Positions 63,509 through 64,000 of a stretch of 64,000 nt of DNA are shown here, one piece after another. Numbering within the stretch: position 1 is the stretch's first letter; each line of letters opens with the position of its first letter. Below the pieces are notes generated by a model that was not told the origin of the DNA, made no database searches, and was given only the letters and a program-made list of their open reading frames with translations. Both the position numbers and the translations under genes were made by a program. Source of the DNA: Escherichia phage 241; sequence record OR924452, one strand, 5' to 3'.

Positions 63509-64000
63509 TCATCGTTTCAACAAAGACATGAGGTTTACACTGGTCGACTTCGGATTGTCCTCTATCTTCCGGACGGGCATTTTCAGATTAGTGTAAACCT
63601 CAGATGGTTCCCAACGCGTACCCTGCTGCAGGTGCCATATATGTAGAGGAACACCCGTCTCAAAGAACACAGGCATCTTCCACTTCTGGACGCCAGGAAC
63701 GTGCCCTGCAGGAGCTTTTTCGCATAACAGGGTATCTGGTAGCCAGAGGGAACGGGCTTCCCATAATGCCTTACAGGAGTACTCAGGCCAGATGCGTTCC
63801 ATGTAGTCGATCTCATCCCAAGTACGCTCGGCATCCCACCCGATGTAACGAGTGTTTTTCAGACGGAAGAATTTCTTAAGCCAACAAGCGCCGGAAGTCT
63901 CAAAGTTCAAACGATTGATGAACGTGATGTGACCAAACTCGGCGACACAATCTTTGAATGCCTGTTCAAGATCAGCCTCAAGGATGTCGCATTCTTCATC
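63509..64000 (-). CDS. 3' portion of a gene whose start lies beyond the window end
   Basis: Minus-strand frame open from nt 64000 down to the stop at 63509; function unknown. Confidence 0.45.
   Translation of the reverse strand, partial: DEECDILEADLEQAFKDCVAEFGHITFINRLNFETSGACWLKKFFRLKNTRYIGWDAERTWDEIDYMERIWPEYSCKALWEARSLWLPDTLLCEKAPAGHVPGVQKWKMPVFFETGVPLHIWHLQQGTRWEPSEVYTNLKMPVRKIEDNPKSTSVNLMSLLKR

Noticed and set aside
1-64000. tRNA genes, rRNA, CRISPR arrays, integrase or transposase genes
   Set aside because: No cloverleaf-like GTTCGA T-loop contexts, no repeat-spacer arrays and no recombinase or transposase motifs were seen on visual scanning; a covariance-model search was not possible.

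Overview
This 64 kb window reads as a contiguous segment of a large virulent myovirus genome of the T4 superfamily, with gene order unlike T4 itself. All calls rest on reading the sequence and the six-frame ORF track by eye; no database search was run. Recognisable core genes: gp32 SSB, gp41 helicase, gp59 loader, UvsX, ATP-dependent DNA ligase, topoisomerase II (gp39/gp52), rIIA/rIIB, class Ia RNR (NrdA/NrdB) with a glutaredoxin, dCMP deaminase, DexA-like exonuclease, dNMP kinase, PhoH, an endolysin, baseplate proteins gp25 and gp5, and a minus-strand tail/baseplate block. About 110 protein-coding genes are packed tightly, many with ATGA-type overlaps; I found no tRNA, rRNA, CRISPR array or mobile element. 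Several highly expressed genes use GC3-rich, enterobacterial-style codons. The most interesting signals are: (1) a nucleotide-modification module at 19.7-22.5 kb (P-loop kinase, gp42-family pyrimidine hydroxymethylase with a ~100 aa C-terminal extension, dNMP kinase, gp56-like NTP pyrophosphatase), suggesting hypermodified DNA; (2) an orphan QueC-like PP-loop ATPase; (3) a macro-domain protein, a MazG-like and a possible NADAR-like protein as anti-defence or nucleotide-pool candidates; (4) a phage LemA homologue paired with a Cys-rich membrane protein; (5) gp5 carrying a CHAP/NlpC-P60-like domain; (6) a recurrent promoter architecture (CTATTGAAG or TTCAATAA box about 10 nt upstream of TATAAT, often inside terminator hairpins) alongside T4-type late promoters TATAAATA. 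Gene starts were adjusted where a Shine-Dalgarno and an internal ATG/GTG were visible. Motif coordinates may be off by 1-2 nt.
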